A stretch of DNA of 64,000 nucleotides from positions 2,170,001 to 2,234,000 of the forward strand of contig OX597842.1 in assembly GCA_951406725.2 (NCBI GenBank). The letters run 5' to 3'. Within the stretch, counting starts at the first letter, position 1. The number at the start of each line of letters is the position of its first letter. The position numbers were made by a program, and so were the translations under genes. The notes under the pieces are model-generated. The model was not told where the DNA came from. It ran no database searches and saw only the letters and a list, made by a program, of their open reading frames with translations. Shown here in pieces: positions 38,784 to 50,187 of this stretch. The DNA is from Octopus vulgaris (Eukaryota).

Positions 38784-39314
38784 CTAGCAGTATTGCCTGG
38801 CATTGCTCAGATTTGTTTCGACCCTTTAGAATTGCCCGGACTTGTGCCTGGGAGGGTAACTTTCTAGGTGCAATCCCATGATCTGTGTCGTGACCGAAGC
38901 CGGTCTCAGAATATATATATAAACTAGCAGTATTGCCCGGCGTTGCTCAGGTTTGTTTCAGCCCTTTGGATTTGGAATTTTTGAAAAGTAAAAATTTTGC
39001 ATTATGTAGCTTATTATTCTCTTCAAGTGAACATTTTTCTAGTTGAAATACACCGAAAATGGCAACACAGCTGTGAAAAAATCATAAAAAATGGGGATTT
39101 TCATAGAAAAAAAGCACCTTTTTGCTGTAAATAATTTTTGGAGTTAACATGGTCCAATTTGAATTTTTTCTCCTACGTAAGGAAGAGCAACCCTTCTTCT
39201 ATCATACTCTCAATTTTGGTCAACTTGCGCCGCAGGGTCTCTGAGGAGATAGTGTTAGTTGAAGGCTACAAAACCTGTCATACACGGACAACTTAAGCTT
39301 TATATATAGAGAGA
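38784..39314 (-). mobile_element. Composite non-autonomous Helitron: full unit 38924-39314, ~90 bp of SINE C tail, second 3' terminus 38784-38833
   Basis: Two CTAG+hairpin ends (38784 and 38924) bracket a SINE segment that matches 52556-52647. Confidence 0.8.
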
Positions 39315-39470
39315 TTTGTTAGAAATCATATTGGATTAATGTATGTGTTCTTGTAGCCATGCCTGTTTGATTCAAATAGGCATGACTGCAAGAATGAATA
39401 CAATAATCCTAAAATGATAACTAAGAGAAAAATCTATGTATTTCTAACGTCTTTTTTAGTTTTGATACCA

Positions 39471-39552
39471 GCTACTGATGAATACAGATATGGCTGTTAC
39501 GATTTTCTATCATGAATATCTGAGTCTTTTTGTATGAAACAAATTGTATTGC
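39471..39552 (+). ncRNA. Type-I hammerhead motif with extended stem II, core intact
   Basis: GCTA CTGATGA ATACA...TGTAT GAAAC AAATT GTA TTGC; stem I has one mismatch. Confidence 0.65.
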
Positions 39553-39701
39553 AACATGGAAGATAAAGACTATGATCGATTTTAACATCTAATCTCCTCC
39601 ATTACATAAATAGGAATGAATTTGTTGAACTGTGTGTAATAAGAGAAATCATATACTGATTATTCCTGTATGTGTGTGTGCATGTGTGTGTGTGTGTGTG
39701 T

Positions 39702-40040
39702 GTGAAGGCACATGGCTCAGTGGTTAGAGCGTCAAGCTTACAATCATGAGGTTGTGAGTTCGATTCCTGGACCAGGCTGCATGTTATGTTCTTGAGCAAG
39801 ACACTTTATTTTACATTACTCCAGTTCACTCAGCTGTAGAAATGAGTTGTGTCATCTCTGGTGCCAAGCTGTATCAGCCCCTTTGCCTTTCCCTTGGATA
39901 ACACTGGTGGCGTGGAAAGGGGAGGCCGGTATGCATGGGCGACTGCTGGTCTTCCATAAACAAACTTGCCCGGACTTTTGCCTGGGAGGATAACTTTCTA
40001 GGTGCAATCCCATGGTCAGTCATGATTGAAGGGGGTCTCA
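39702..40040 (+). mobile_element. SINE family C, full length
   Basis: Homology to 18700-19038. Confidence 0.9.
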
Positions 40041-40171
40041 GCATTTATGTATGTGTGTATGTATGTATAGTAAAAAGGAATTTCATTGAAAAGGTTTTAC
40101 CCACAAGATGAGTTGTAGTCAAAAAATATATATTATAAAAGAAGGAAAATGCATGCAATTTATATATTTTA

Positions 40172-41355
40172 TAATAATGAAATTATTGTATACAGTGCTC
40201 AGGTGCACCACAACTTGTCAAAAATGCATATAAAGCATATGCAGTAATGTACAAATGTCTGGGAAGTGAACAGTGTATGAGTCAGATACATGCTTGCATG
40301 TGTATGGAGGGGAGAAAATCAGGTGTAGTGTTGGCGAATCTCAGGAAGCATGGAAGTTTTGAAGGATGCTCCGACAACTTGCAACTGATACCGGCAGTTT
40401 GTTCCATGCTTCAGTAACTCTTAGTGTGAAAAATGTTACTGAAAGTCATGGGAGCTGTGCTGTTTTCTGACTTTGTAAACATGTCCATGGGTGTTAGACA
40501 GGTGGAGATTGAAAAGGTGCTCAGAGTTATCGTTCGTAAGATGGTTAATAATTTTAATAATAATAATAATGAAATTATTGTATACACTGCTCAGGTGCAC
40601 CACAACTTGTCAAAAGTGCGTATAAAGCATATGCAGTGATGTACAAATGTCTGGAAAGTGAATAGTGTATGAGTCGAATACATACTTGTGTGTGTATGGA
40701 GGGGAGAAAATCAGGTGTAGTGTTGGCGAATCTCAGGAACCATGGAAGTTTTGAAGGATGCAGTGCTCCGACAACTAACAACTGATGCTGGCAGTTTGTT
40801 CCATGCTTCAGCAACTCATAGCGTGAAGAAATGTTTCTGAAAGTCATGGAAGGAGCTGTGCTGTTTTCTGACTTTGTAAACACATCCACGGGTGTTAGAT
40901 GGATGGAGTTTGAAAAGGTGCTCAGAGTTATTGTTTGTAAGATGGTTGATAATTTTATGGGTGTCTGCCAAGTCAGCTGCCAGACATCGGAGTTTCAACA
41001 TATCCATGCTCAAGGAAGTAAGGCGTTCAGAATATGGCAAATGCCTGACGGAGGATATTCTCTTGGTGGGTGCTCAGAGTTATTGGTTGTAAGATGGTTA
41101 ATAATTTTATGGGTGTCTGCCAAGTCAGCTGCCAGACATCGGAGTTTCAATGTATCCATGCCCAGGGAAGTAAGGCATTCAGAATATGGCAAATGCCTGA
41201 TGGAGGGTATTCTCTTGGTTGCACATCGCTGAATAGTTTCCAAAGGATTAATATCCCGGGCAAGATAGGGTTTCCAGACCAGTGATGCAAATTCCATGTG
41301 AGGCCACACCGTAGCTATATGAAACCTCAGATAGATAGCTGGAGAGCGGCTCACA
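40172..41355 (-). mobile_element. CR1-clade LINE 3' ends: short copy 40172-40552 and longer copy 40555-41355 with a 152-bp internal duplication
   Basis: VWPHMEFASLVWKPY...IQRCATKRIP...LPYSERL...TRG...K...KHFFTL...WNKLP motifs; (ATT)n tail. Confidence 0.9.
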
Positions 41356-41646
41356 AAGGGCTAAAGGATATAATATTATGATAGTCGAGTGGTTTCATGT
41401 TTCTCTAATCACAACATTGAAATTGGGGAAAACATTGCAATTTTGTATTGTCTTAAGAAGTTTTTAGTCCATGTTGCTTGTACGAGAGTTTGTGTGTAAA
41501 CGAACCTGTATGCAGAAAAAAATTTAAAGAGCAGCAATTGGTGATTGTTATTATTTGTGACAGGGAAGGTAATTGCATTTAGGGAGAGTAAATTTATATC
41601 AAGAAATTAAATAATGAGTTAAAGTAGCAAGAAAAATATGTTCAGT

Positions 41647-42281
41647 AGATGCAGGAGTGGCTGTGTGGTAAGTAGCTTATGGTGAGCTGGCAGAATCATT
41701 AGCACACCGGCGAAATGCCTTGCAGTATTTCATCTGCCACTACGTTCTGAGTTCAAATTTCGTTGAGGTCGACTTTGCTTTTCATCCTTTCAGGGTTGAT
41801 TTAAATAAGTACCAGTTACACACTGGGGTCAATGTAATTGACTTAATCCCATTGTCTGTCCCCTCTATGTTTAGCTCCTTGTGGGCAATAAAGAAATAAG
41901 TAGCTTGCTTACCAACCACATGGTTCCGGGTTCATTCCCACTGTGTGGCACCTTGAGCAAGTGTCTTCTACTTTAGCCTCAGGCCGACCAAAGCCTTGTG
42001 AGTGGAGCTGGTAGACAGAAACTGAAAGAAGCCCGTGGTATATATGTATACATATATATATATATATATGTGTGTGTGTGTCTGTGTTTGTACCCCAACA
42101 TCACTTGACAACCAATGCTGGTGTGTTTACATCCCCGTAACATGGCGGTTCAGTAAAAGAGACCAATCAAATAAGTACTAGCCTTACAAAGAATAAGTCC
42201 TGGGGTCGATTGGCTCGACTAAAGGCGGTGCTCCAGCATGGCCACAGTCAAATGACTGAAACAAGTAAAAGAGAAAAGAGA
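41647..42281 (+). mobile_element. SINE family A with a family B insertion (41679-41896) in its tRNA head
   Basis: TSD TAAGTAGCTT at 41669-41678 and 41897-41906. Confidence 0.9.
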
Positions 42282-42764
42282 CTGTGTTGGTTATGCATTC
42301 ATGAATGAAAATATTTAAAAACACTAAAATTGGTTAAGACTAGGCATAACTATTAGTCAAGACTTATTTTGCTCTCAAGGTATTGAGCGACCCTGAACTT
42401 TAACAGAAGAGACGTACCTGTGATGCTGTGCTGTGGGATTGAAACCACTATCTTGTGGTTCCAAAGTAAACATCTGAATTGCATAACCACATATAATTTA
42501 AAGCACATACATAAAGGCTGTATTTGTAATATTTGTAATATTTGCACATTTTTGTTTCTTTTTCTTCTTTTTTCTACTTATTATTCTTATTACAAATTTT
42601 ACTTTCATTCCAATAACCCACTTGAAAAGGGAAATATAGGGAGGCATTCCAACCTTGACATTCCAGCTGAGCTATTTTAAACAAACACTCACACACACAC
42701 ACATACATAATTGTACATTATGTATGAAATGTATAATTGTATACAACATCAACATATATGTGTT

Positions 42765-42809
<45 letters not shown>

Positions 42810-43070
42810 GATAGAACGTAGCAGAGCTAAGCAATAAACGTGTTCTCCCTGAGAAATTTACATGGTTTTTTTTTCATGCTTTTTGAACATTTTTTTTTTC
42901 ATATTGTTCATGTTATAGATATTGCAGAACACATCTATGGACAAAAAATTGGTGTGTGTGTGTGTGCCTGTATGTATGTTTGAGAGAGTCTCTGTGTGTG
43001 TGTGTTGGTAATAAGTTTATATGTATATATGTATTGATACACACACACATATATATATTTTATTTATCCA

Positions 43071-43122
<52 letters not shown>

Positions 43123-43439
43123 TATACATGTATAGATATATGCATAAAAATGTGTATATATGCTTATACATACTTGAATCTATGTATATATATATGTAAA
43201 TAAATATGTATAGAAATATATATATATATATGTGTGTGTGTATAGAAATATATATATATGTATAGAAATATATATATATATACACACACATACAAATATA
43301 CACACACACATACAAACATATACACACACACACATACAAACATACACGCACACACACACACATACAAACATACACGCACACACACACACATGCACACCGC
43401 TAATTCAATCTTTTTTACTTTCCCTTTCTCTGTTTAACT

Positions 43440-43545
43440 GTAACCCTAAATCTTAATTCCAAACCTTAACTGTAAACCCTTACCCTAAACCTTTACAAGA
43501 AACCCTAGCCCTAAACCTTACCCTAACCCCAAATCTGAACCCAAC
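43440..43545 (+). repeat. Degenerate (CCCTAA)n-like tract
   Basis: TAACCCTAAA, ACCCTTACCCTAAACC, ACCCTAGCCCTAAACCTTACCCTAACCCC. Confidence 0.6.
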
Positions 43546-43778
43546 TTTTTTATTCCAAAATTGCAATCTCTGGGGCTTAAACGTAGAATTGAGAGAAAAC
43601 TTCGTGTTAAAAAATGAAAAAAATGGAAATGTTCTGGTTGGTTGCAGATGGTAGATTTGGAACCAGTCAGAGGATAAATCAATACCCATCAAATGAGTAC
43701 AGTTCCATGTATGCTTGTTTGTGTATGTATATGTATATTGTATGTATTGTATGTATATATGTATATTGTGTGTATATG

Positions 43779-43843
<65 letters not shown>

Positions 43844-44169
43844 ATGTATATTGTGTGTATTTATATGTATATGTATATTGTGTGTATGCATATATATGTA
43901 TATATGTGTGTACATAGATATATAAAGGTACATATTTGTTTGTCTATTTATGTATATATGTATGTATATATGTATATATGTGTACACATATATAAATATA
44001 TATATGTGTGTATATACATATATAGATATGTATATATGTGCATATGTATATATATTTATGTATGTGTATATGTGTGTGTGTGTGTGTGTATATATGTATA
44101 TATGTGAGTGTATGTGTGTATATGTGTGTGTGAATGTATATGATATATATGTGTGTATATGTGTGTTTG

Positions 44170-44204
<35 letters not shown>

Positions 44205-44535
44205 ATATATGTGTGTATATAAATATGTGTGTGTGTATTGATATTGGACTGCCCGATCCCAGTGAGTTAGCTTCCTGTAAGGAGATTCCAAATCTTTCTG
44301 TTGCATGGGGTCCAATCAAACTGCAACCCTATTCCAAGCCCCTAAATAACCAACATATATGAGAAGGAACTTTCCAACAAAATATCAGACATCCTCTTAA
44401 CTAAACACAATATGAGACCAAACAGTTTTAATTTCTAATTTTTAATAATCATTTCTTAATTTTTTCTTATTTCCTAATCCTAGACTTGTAATTCTTATTA
44501 TTTGTAAAGATAGACATACACACACAAACCGGTAA

Positions 44536-44912
44536 TCTATATATATATCAAGCTGAAGTTGTCTGTGTGTGGCAGGTTTGGTAGCCTTTAACTAACACTA
44601 TCTCCTCCAAGACCCTGCAGCGCAAGTTGACCAAAATTGAAGGCTTGCTCTTCATTCCGTAGAAGATAAAATTCAAATTGGACCATGTTAACACCAAAAA
44701 TTATTTACATCAAAAAGGTGCTTTTTCTCTATGAAAATCCCTACTTTTTACGATTTTTTGACTGCTGTGTCGACATTTTTCGGTGTATTTGAAACAGAAA
44801 AATGTTCACTTAAAGAGAATAACAAGCTACATAATGCAAAATTTTTACTTTTCAAAAATTCTAATTCTAAAGGGTCGAAACAAACCTGAGCAATGCCGGG
44901 CGATACTGCTAG
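44536..44912 (+). mobile_element. Non-autonomous Helitron
   Basis: A|TCTATATA...CCTGAGCAATGCCGGG-CGATACTG-CTAG|T. Confidence 0.85.
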
Positions 44913-45244
44913 TACTTTATAAAGCTCAATTAATGTAACCTGCCTGATTAAAGGGAAAAATATTTTGAAAATCTTTGAGCATAAGTGCAGACGTGGTTGT
45001 GTGGTAAGAATTCGCTTCCCAACCACATGGTTCTGGGTTCAATCTCACTGTGTGGTACCTTAGGCAAGTGTCTTCTACTATTGCCTCTGGCCAACCAAAG
45101 CATTATGTGTGGATTTGGTAAATAGAAACTAAAAGAAGTCCATCACATATATGTATATATAAACAATTGCAGTGTGGAAGGTGTTTATAAGCCATCTAAG
45201 AAACGCACAAAACCGATAGATTCACTTCAACATTTAAATTTAAT

Positions 45245-45292
45245 TTGTCAAAATATTTTCATCGCTTTGGGACTGGGACCTGTTCACTGACA
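45245..45292 (-). ncRNA. Variant hammerhead-like motif with G3-C8 swapped core; stem II decayed
   Basis: TTGTCA GTGAACA G GTCCC...GCGAT GAAAA TA TTT TGACAA. Confidence 0.5.
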
Positions 45293-45331
45293 AAATTTTG
45301 TCCTCCTTCGTGTATATATTTATATATATAT

Positions 45332-45640
45332 AGTTCTATATTTAAGAGATGAGGAATTATGTGCATTATTTACATTATTTACAGTCGACGGATAAGACTA
45401 CGGGCATATGGCATATTGGTTAAGAGCGCGGGCTACTAACCCCAAGATTCTGAGTTCGATTCTAAGCAGTGATCTGAACAATAACAGTAATAATAATAAT
45501 AATAACATCAAAAACTACTTTAGGAATGAGAACCCAGGTTTGAAATTTCCCCAAGACACCTGAAGAAGGCTGGAGGGTATATCAGCCGAAGCGTTGTGTT
45601 AACAACAAACAGATATCAGTCGTATGTAAATAATGTACAT
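45332..45640 (+). mobile_element. tRNA-head + hammerhead element: complete right arm, left arm reduced to ~65 bp of inverted terminus
   Basis: AGTTCTATATTTAAGAGATGAG inverted terminus; head GGGCATATGGCATATTGG at 45402; B-box GAGTTCGATTC 45452-45462; HHR 45555-45600. Confidence 0.85.
45555..45600 (+). ncRNA. Type-I hammerhead motif, one core substitution
   Basis: GACAC CTGAAGA A GGCTG-GAGGGTATAT-CAGCC GAAGC GTT GTGTT (A15.1G). Confidence 0.75.
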
Positions 45641-45910
45641 ATATATGTGTGTGTGTGCCTGTGTATGTATGTATTTATGTTTATATATGTATGTGCCTAT
45701 GTATGTGTGTCGTAGCCGTTCAACAAAAGAGACTGATAGAATAAGTACTAGGCTTAAAGAAGTACTGGGGTCAATTCATTAGACTAAAATTCAAGGTAGT
45801 GCCCCAGCATGGCCACAGTCTAATTACTGAAACAAGTGGAACTGAAAAATAATAAAAGATACTTCCATAATGTTCCCACTTTTTACTTTTTATGTATATA
45901 TGTATATATG

Positions 45911-45962
<52 letters not shown>

Positions 45963-46525
45963 AATAAATGCATGTGTGTAGATCTCTATTACAGGCTTCT
46001 CTCAGTTTCCATCTCCCAAATTCAATCACAAGGTTTAAGTTGGCCCAAAGCTATAGTAGAAGACACTAGGCCAAGGTGCCATGCAGTGGGACTGAACCCA
46101 GAGCCACCTGATTGGGAAGCTTCTTACCACAGTCACACCTACACCTGTTCTACCTATATCTTAATTCAATCAGATTGTGTAGATTCAATTACCGTAAAAC
46201 CGTGTACATATATATTTACCAGACTCTTGTAGATTGAATTGTAGAAAAGCTTCGGCACCAGAATAATGGTCTCAGAGAAGATATTTCATCCATCTGAATT
46301 TGTTGGGCAGCTGTTGTTTAGATACTTCATTCTTTGGCAACAAATGACAACAACGGACAGGAGAAGTTCTCTCTCTGGCCACATTCAAGAAGATATATGC
46401 AGAGAACATCGCAGTAAATATCTTCCCTGCGACAGTTACTGCCGCAACGAAATGTCCTACTGTATTTGAGTATACATGAGGGTGGGAAATATAAATGTAC
46501 GCAGCCTTAGTATATTCGTGTGTGT

Positions 46526-46579
<54 letters not shown>

Positions 46580-46934
46580 ATGTGGGTGATGAAGTTTGTG
46601 TGAGAAAGAGTGCTCAATACAGAGGTAGAGCAAGATTCTGCAGGTATATATGTATGTGTGTATGTTTTTCTGTGAGTTTTATTCAAGTTCTTCTTCGGAA
46701 GGTTCAAATCAGTTGCAGTGTGTGTGTATATATGTGTGTGTATATATGTGTATGTGGATATTTGTATGTTTGTGTGTGTGTGTATGCATATATGTACCTA
46801 TGTATGTGCACATGCTTGTATGTAGTTATGTAGTTATGTAGATATGCTTATGCGTATGCATGGCTGTATATATGCAGATATGCAGGTTTGTAAATATGTG
46901 TGAATGAATGTGTGTGTGTTTTTTTATTTCTATT

Positions 46935-47005
46935 GAGAGATAGGTAGATAGATAGATTATTGGATTACTGAATACATAGATATAGATACATAGACTGTTA
47001 GATAG

Positions 47006-47036
<31 letters not shown>

Positions 47037-47482
47037 TTTTTAGATGGCTAGATACATAGACATAGATACACAGACTATAGGATAGACAGGCAGAAAGAAA
47101 GATAGATAGATGATAGATAGATAGATAGATAAGCAAATAGTTAGAGAGAGAGAGAGAACTTTTTAGATGGCTAGATACATAGATATAGATACACAAATGA
47201 TTGGATAGATACACACACGTATATATATATATATATATATATATATAGGTATGTAGATTGATAGATAGATTGGATAGATAGGCAGATAGATAGTTTGATA
47301 GATAGATAGATAATAGATGGAAAGATGGATAAAAAGAGAGATAAATAGATTATTGGATAGATAGATAGATATAGATAGATAAATAGATAGACAGATAGGT
47401 AAACAGATAGATAGATAGATGGATGGAAGGAGAGATAAAAAGATAGATGGAGTAATGGATAGATAGATAGATAGATAGATAA
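46935..47482 (+). repeat. (GATA)n tract
   Basis: Direct reading. Confidence 0.9.
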
Positions 47483-48152
47483 GTACATAGCATGTCTGAA
47501 GAGCCATCAATATTGCCAAGTGCAATAATCTGCATGAAACAGACAGTAAAATTCTGACAAGTTATGTACCATAGCCTGTAATATAGTCCTCAGTGATATA
47601 AAAATATAACCACTCTATTTTTAATATCGGGTGGATTTTTTTTCTGACTTAAGGACATCTAACTAATGATAAATATATATGTATATATTCCACCCGGTGA
47701 AGAGCCCATTCACGCCTGCTGCTGAAAAATATTCATCTATAACTGCAGATTGTGGCAGTTATGGTAAGGAGCTTGCTTCCCAGCCACATGGTTCTGGGTT
47801 CAATCCCACTGCATGGCTCCTTGGGCATCGAAAGCTTTGTGATTGGATTTGATTGACAGAAACTGAAAGAAGCCTGTCATATATATATATATTTACATAC
47901 ATACATATATATTATAAATCCGATTTATTTCAATTGAATTTAAACTTAATTGTAATTCGGATTTAATTGTAGCCATGAAACATACGTAGTTTTTTTACTT
48001 ATATTATATATTGATCATTCATTTTTATACTTTTTGTGATCTAGTTATATGTTTTATAAAAATATTTATTGTTTGTTATTTATGTTTTGGTTTATGTCTA
48101 TCACTGTTTGAGTTGCATAATAGTGGTTCTTCTCTAATTTATATATATATAT

Positions 48153-48568
48153 ATCATCATCATCATCATCATCATCATTTAGCGTCCGTTTTCCATGCTA
48201 GCATGGGTTGGACGGTTCAACTGGGGTCTGGGGAGCCCGAAGGCTGCACCAGGCCAGTCAGATCTGGCAGTGTTTCTACAGCTGGATGCCCTTCCTAACG
48301 CCAACCACTCCGAGAGTGTAGTGGGTGATTTTATGTGCCACCGACACAGGTGCCAGACGAGGCTGGCGAACGGCCACGCTCGGATGGTGTTTTTATGTGC
48401 CACCGACACAGGTGCCAGACAAGGCTGGCAGACGGCCACGCTCGGATGGTGTTTTTATGTGCCACCGACACAGGTGCCAGATGAGGCTGGCGGACGGCCA
48501 CGATCGGATGGTGTTTGTTACGTCCCCAAAGCACGGAGGCCAGTCTATGCGGTACTGGCTACGGCCAT
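48153..48568 (-). mobile_element. RTE 3'-UTR element with 62-bp tandem units
   Basis: CGGATGGTG at 48381, 48443 and 48505. Confidence 0.85.
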
Positions 48569-48583
48569 ATATATATATATATA

Positions 48584-49213
48584 CTGTAAAACTGATGTAA
48601 TTTATGCATTTTTCTTTTTGAAAAAAAAAGTAATAAACTTTAGGGATATGTAAATTACATGAGTAGATCGTTTCCAGAAAGTTTTAGAATTTTTTTTTTG
48701 TTGAAAAGACATACAAAATGTAAACATTTGTACCGGAAGTTGACTCATTTAATGTCAGGATAGGTTTTTACAGAAAAAAATAAGGGTTTAAATATAATGA
48801 AGTTGACTTTTATGTATGTGGGGGTAGTATAATGCTTACTTTTTCTGTATAAATTTACTAAAACCCTTAAATGGTTAAGTACTTTTTAAAGTCTGATGTT
48901 CATATTGGTAATTGTTGTCCGGGTCGAATTATTATAAAGAACAAAATTCCTTTGTAATTTAATAGCTTTTAATGTGTTACCTGTTAAACAGAAATTATTT
49001 TTATTTCATGCAAATTTAATAAAATCTAATCATAAGTAAGTGAAATTATGCTAAATACAACTAAATTGAAAACCTTCTACCCCTGGACATGTTGACAAAT
49101 CTGAAAACTTTTGGGTGTGAAGGTTACATGAGGAGAAGCTTTTTTAACAAATTTTATCCTGTAAATCACCTGCGTAAATTACACAGGTGTGCAAATTACA
49201 TGGGTTTTTATGG
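48584..49213. mobile_element. pogo/Tigger-like MITE
   Basis: TA|CTGTAAAACTGATGTAATTT...AAATTACATGGGTTTTTATGG|TA imperfect TIRs; a similar terminus GATTTACGGTA lies at ~16282-16292. Confidence 0.55.
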
Positions 49214-49256
<43 letters not shown>

Positions 49257-49375
49257 TGTTGTATTTAGGGAATGTCATGTTGCCATTTAAGCCAATAAAA
49301 ACTCACGCACTATATATTTGGTGTTAATTTGCTTCAGTTTTATTTTATTTTTTACATTAATCTTTATCTTATTTC

Positions 49376-49420
49376 GGCCAGAGTTCTTTCGTCACACTCC
49401 TATGACCTCATCAGTGGTCC
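49376..49420 (-). ncRNA. Minimal type-I hammerhead ribozyme, core intact
   Basis: GGACCA CTGATGA G GTCAT-AGGAGT-GTGAC GAAAG AA CTC TGGCC: 5-bp stem II, 2-bp stem III, CUC site. Confidence 0.8.
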
Positions 49421-49609
49421 TTTACTTTCATCTTTCTTATTTGTGTATCTCTCCTTACTAACGGTCAGCCATTTTGTTAGTAAGGAGAGCTTAGCATATA
49501 TATATAAAATTCTGGGGTTGATTTGTTTGCCTTAACCCCTTCAAGGTGGTGCCCCAGCATAGCCACAGTCAAATGACTGAAACAAGTAAAAGATAGAAGA
49601 AACAGATAG

Positions 49610-49927
49610 ACATCCATAGGTCTCGAGGGATCGTAGATCTGTGCCTGGAAAATTTTGTGTCAGTTGCTGCTGGTGGTGCAGCATTTGCTCTCCATTGCAG
49701 AGGCCCACACAAAAGTGGCAGTCATGCATGGAGAGACTGCATCTGAAGAAGCTCTCCAACAACACTACTGACTTTTCCTTGGTGGAAAGTTCTGGTTTCT
49801 CTTCCCCTCGCTCAATCCCCCTGTGAAGAACTTGTCTCCAGATTCAGCAATCATTTGCAGCCTCTTCCCATCTCAGGACATCCAGATCTATTGACATCAT
49901 ATCTCTCTTGCAGACATTAATTATACG
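49610..49927 (-). mobile_element. Second RTE-type LINE 3' end (C-terminal Cys/His finger type), decayed
   Basis: VCKRDMMSIDLDVLRWEEAAND.*IWRQVLHRGIERGE...FRCSLSMHDCHFCVGL. Confidence 0.7.
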
Positions 49928-50187
49928 ATAACTATAAAGAATAATCCCCAACAATGGTATCAGGTTATAAACTCAGCAACATAAAGCTGATGTATGGTGC
50001 AGAAACAAATGTTGTGATCTATGATTAAAGCTGGATATCCTCCATCCATGTCATATCATTCTTATAAATCATCATCATCATCATTTAATGTCCATTCTCC
50101 ACGCTGCCATGGATGAACAGTTTTGACATAAGACTGACCAACCAAGGAGCTGTCCAGACTCCAATTGTCTGTTATAATAATAATATA

